A stretch of 64,000 nt of DNA from an uncultured Chloroflexia bacterium (GTDB lineage Bacteria > Chloroflexota > Anaerolineae > B4-G1 > SLSP01): contig CAVVUS010000030.1 in the NCBI GenBank assembly GCA_963751345.1, positions 1 through 64,000 on the forward strand, written 5' to 3'. The notes under the pieces were generated by a model. The model was not told where the DNA came from and ran no database searches. It worked only from the letters and a program-made list of their open reading frames with translations. Shown piece after piece: positions 61,095-64,000 of the stretch. How positions within the stretch are numbered: the first letter of the stretch is position 1; the number at the start of each line of letters is the position of its first letter. Made by a program: the position numbers and the translations under genes.

Positions 61095-61942
61095 CGCCCC
61101 ATACGTTCCAGAGTGTCGACCGCGCTTCGTTCTTCACCCGGATGGACTTTCGCCCGAAACTGGCGCTGATGACCTCATTGACGATCGTCGCATTCACTTG
61201 GGAGAGCCCCACACTGGGGGGACTGTTGGCCCTGGCGGTCATCCTTGGCGGGCTCGCGGCAGGCGTGAGGCCAAGCTACGTCCTCAAGGCGTTTCTGGCG
61301 ATGCTTCCCTTCTACCTTTTCGTTGTCGTGACACAGGGATTCTTCGGCGGCGAAATCGTCCGCGCACGCACGGGGCAGACGACGCTGACGCCGCTGTTTA
61401 CCTTGCCGAAGGGCTGGTGGTTAGTCGGCGGGGCCACGATGTCGGTCGAAGGGATCAAATATGCCCTGAACATCGTGTTCAAGGCCCTCACGATGACAAT
61501 GGTGATCCCGTTGGTCGTCTTTACGACGGACGTCAACGCGATGATCGTGGGCCTGGTGAAAGCGCGTATCCCCTACACGATCGCCTTTGTCTTCTCGTCG
61601 ACGCTGCGGTTTTTCCCACTGCTGGTGGCCGACCTGCAATCGATCATTGAGGCGCAGCGATTGCGCGGCCTGGCTTTCGAAAGAATGGGTCCCATCCGTC
61701 GCGCCAGGGTCTACGCAAAGGTCGCCGTGCCCCTGATCCTGGGCGCGATCGTGAAGTCCCAGATGCTGGAGGTCGTGCTACAATCCAAAGCCTTCTCCGG
61801 CTCCCCCGACCGCACCTATTATCACGAATCGCGGTTGGCCTTCGCGGATTACACGGTCTTTGCCCTCTCCGCCCTCTTCCTCCTCGCCGCCGCCGTGCTC
61901 TATCTTGGTCTCGGGATCGGCAAGTTCGGGGGTCCGGTATAA
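61091..61942 (+). CDS. ECF transporter transmembrane T component
   Basis: MDFRPKL, LRFFPLL, EAQRLRG, VPLI, QSKAF. Confidence 0.9.
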   Translation: MTPHTFQSVDRASFFTRMDFRPKLALMTSLTIVAFTWESPTLGGLLALAVILGGLAAGVRPSYVLKAFLAMLPFYLFVVVTQGFFGGEIVRARTGQTTLTPLFTLPKGWWLVGGATMSVEGIKYALNIVFKALTMTMVIPLVVFTTDVNAMIVGLVKARIPYTIAFVFSSTLRFFPLLVADLQSIIEAQRLRGLAFERMGPIRRARVYAKVAVPLILGAIVKSQMLEVVLQSKAFSGSPDRTYYHESRLAFADYTVFALSALFLLAAAVLYLGLGIGKFGGPV

Positions 61943-62010
61943 TAAGGGGAGCATACCCTTCCGGGAAGCTGCTTTCGCCTCCCGGAAGGTAACCTGCAGC
62001 AAAGGAGCCC

Positions 62011-62883
62011 ATGACGACTCTATCATCACGCAACGGAACCCTGCGGATCGGCCCCGGCGTGCCGATTGTCCTGATCAGCGACCAACTACGCGTCAAGCCG
62101 CAGAAATCAGGGGAGGTCGAACCCACGGAGGACCTTCTGGCACATATGGTGGAACTCGCCCGCAGCGGAGCGACTGCCGGTATGGACGTGATGGATATCA
62201 TGACCTCATATCCCGGCGTGGACGAACTCGCGCTACTCCCACAGATCGCCGTCGCCGTTCACGAAGCCGTCGGATGCCCCATCTCGCTGGACTCCCGCCA
62301 TTCGGATGCCCTGCGGGCGGCCCTGACGGCATTGAGACCTTACAAAGCCCTGATCAACTCCGTCACTGCGGAGGCGCCCGTTCTGGAGGCACTGCTGCCG
62401 ATCGCCGCGGAGTTCGGTGCCGCGATCGTCGGGATGCCCATTGGCGACGTGCACGGGCTGCCGAAGAATACGGAAGGGCGCATAGCCGAAGCGGGCGTGA
62501 TCGTCGATCGCGCCGCCGCCTACGGCATCCCCAGAGAAGATATCCTTATGGACGCCATCTGCCTGGCTTCATCGGCCGAACCTGGCTCGATGGCGACCAC
62601 GCTGGAGACACTCCGAAGATACCACGACGATCTCGGTGTGGCCACGATCCTCGGTATCAGCAACGCCGGGCACGGTATGCCCACCCCTTCGCACATCGCC
62701 CTGGCCTACCTCGTTGCCGCGGTGCCCTGGGGATTGGACGCCGCGCTCGTCAGCCCGCGCACGCCCCAGTTGATCGAGGAGGTGCGGGCGATCGACTTCC
62801 TGACCGCTCGCGATCCCTACGGGAAACGCTATCTGCGACACTACCGAACGACACACGACAAGCACGTCTCGGGGAGATCCTGA
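62011..62883 (+). CDS. Pterin-binding TIM-barrel protein (methyltetrahydrofolate:corrinoid methyltransferase / MetH folate domain-like)
   Basis: PISLDS, LINSVT, DILMDAI, ILGISNAGHGMP, GLDAALV. Confidence 0.82.
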   Translation: MTTLSSRNGTLRIGPGVPIVLISDQLRVKPQKSGEVEPTEDLLAHMVELARSGATAGMDVMDIMTSYPGVDELALLPQIAVAVHEAVGCPISLDSRHSDALRAALTALRPYKALINSVTAEAPVLEALLPIAAEFGAAIVGMPIGDVHGLPKNTEGRIAEAGVIVDRAAAYGIPREDILMDAICLASSAEPGSMATTLETLRRYHDDLGVATILGISNAGHGMPTPSHIALAYLVAAVPWGLDAALVSPRTPQLIEEVRAIDFLTARDPYGKRYLRHYRTTHDKHVSGRS

Positions 62884-63377
62884 TGCAATTGACCTTTGTC
62901 TTGAACGGCAAGACCGTCACCTTGGATGACATCCCCCAGGATATGCTGCTGGTGGACCTATTGCGCACCACGCTTGGCCTCACCGGGACCAAACGCGGAT
63001 GTGAAAGCGGCACCTGCGGCGCATGCTCCGTCCTCGTCGACGATGCCCTCGCCCGCTCCTGTAGGACCGCGGTATCCGGCATTGCCGGGCATCACGTGAC
63101 GACGATCGAGGGACTCCAGGGGCCCGACGGCAGCCTGAGCGAGCTACAGCAGGCATTCCTGGCCCAGGGCGCCGTACAGTGCGGGTACTGCACGCCGGCG
63201 ATGGTCCTCGCCGGGGAAGCACTGCTCCGCCGCAATCCGGCGCCCACCCGCGTTGAAATCCGGTCCGCCATCAACGGCATCCTCTGTCGCTGCACGGGGT
63301 ATATGCAGATCGTCGACGCGATAGAGGCCGCGGCAGCGTCTCGCCACCGTCTGGGTGCAGGGGAGCCCACCCCATGA
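62883..63377 (+). CDS. (2Fe-2S)-binding small subunit of a xanthine/CO dehydrogenase family enzyme
   Basis: LGLTGTKRGCESGTCGACSV, QCGYCTP, LCRCTGY. Confidence 0.93.
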   Translation: MQLTFVLNGKTVTLDDIPQDMLLVDLLRTTLGLTGTKRGCESGTCGACSVLVDDALARSCRTAVSGIAGHHVTTIEGLQGPDGSLSELQQAFLAQGAVQCGYCTPAMVLAGEALLRRNPAPTRVEIRSAINGILCRCTGYMQIVDAIEAAAASRHRLGAGEPTP

Positions 63378-64000
63378 CAACTCTCACTTACGTGGGAAGA
63401 TCCTCCCTTCAGAACGTCGATGGCGCCGACAAGGTGACCGGACGTGCGCGTTACGTCGGCGATATGAGTGTGCCCGGTATGCTGGTCGGAAAGGTGCTGC
63501 GGAGCCCGCTGCCACACGCGCGCATTATCGAGCTTGATGTGACCCCGGCGCTCGCCGTCCCCGGCGTCAGGGCGGTTATCACCCACGCCGACTTCGTCGA
63601 CCACGGCAGCTTCGGCTGGCCCATCCAGGACGCTTACATCCTGGCCTATCGCAAGGTGCGCCATGTCGGTGAGCCTGTCGCGGCCGTGGCAGCGGTGAGT
63701 GAGGAAGCTGCCCTCGCGGGTATCGCGGCGATTCGGGTCTCCTATGAGCCCCTGCCGGTGGTGTCGGACACGGCCCAGGCGCTCGACGCCGGTGCCCCGC
63801 TCATCCCCGAGGTCTCGCCGACGGGACGGGGGAATCTCTGCAACACCCACCTCCTGCGCAACGGCGACCCGGACCCGCTGATCGCTGGCGCTCCGGTGGT
63901 CTTCGAGGTCGGCTACGATCTACCCCATCAGGAGCACGCCTACCTGGAGACCGAGGGTGCCCTCGCCATCCCGGAACTCGACGCCGGTGGCCCTCAGGCT
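63374..64000 (+). CDS. Xanthine dehydrogenase family molybdopterin-binding subunit (5' part, runs off the window)
   Basis: Read by hand: MTTLTYVGR...DGADKVTGRARYVGDM...LRSPLPHARI...QEHAYLETEG. Confidence 0.9.
   Translation, partial: MTTLTYVGRSSLQNVDGADKVTGRARYVGDMSVPGMLVGKVLRSPLPHARIIELDVTPALAVPGVRAVITHADFVDHGSFGWPIQDAYILAYRKVRHVGEPVAAVAAVSEEAALAGIAAIRVSYEPLPVVSDTAQALDAGAPLIPEVSPTGRGNLCNTHLLRNGDPDPLIAGAPVVFEVGYDLPHQEHAYLETEGALAIPELDAGGPQA

Noticed and set aside
61860-63377. 505-aa ORF as one fusion protein
   Set aside because: Only the part from ATG 62883 is a real 2Fe-2S subunit; the upstream part overlaps the pterin-binding gene in another frame

Overview
GC-rich bacterial chromosomal window; gene content and protein style (DUF2298/YYY and TIGR03663-like GT-C proteins, Pro/Thr-rich lipoproteins, acidic PDWL-repeat protein, GlmL-like operon) suggest Chloroflexota, probably Anaerolineae (inference, no marker search run). 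It holds about 50 genes and one initiator tRNA-Met. Recognisable genes: an ABC exporter, a bacterial alpha-2-macroglobulin with pbpC, mobA, treS, miaB, tex, glnS, comEA, rfbC, a FemAB-type transferase, truD, an ECF transporter and the start of a xanthine-dehydrogenase-type cluster. About ten genes are split by what look like single extra bases, most likely long-read errors. Two candidate uncharacterised systems stand out. (1) An 8-gene operon at 38.5-46.4 kb with several membrane proteins, a zinc-ribbon/acidic PxWL-repeat membrane protein, an actin-fold GlmL-like ATPase with no B12 mutase nearby, and a barrel-sandwich/KOW protein. (2) A TctA/DUF112-type permease coupled to a membrane-anchored protein with four OB folds (52-55 kb), a possible ComEC-independent DNA uptake module. 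Also notable: two long perfect palindromes, several families of REP-like and short-period hairpin repeats (one in-frame inside a gene), and two apparent pseudo-kinases.
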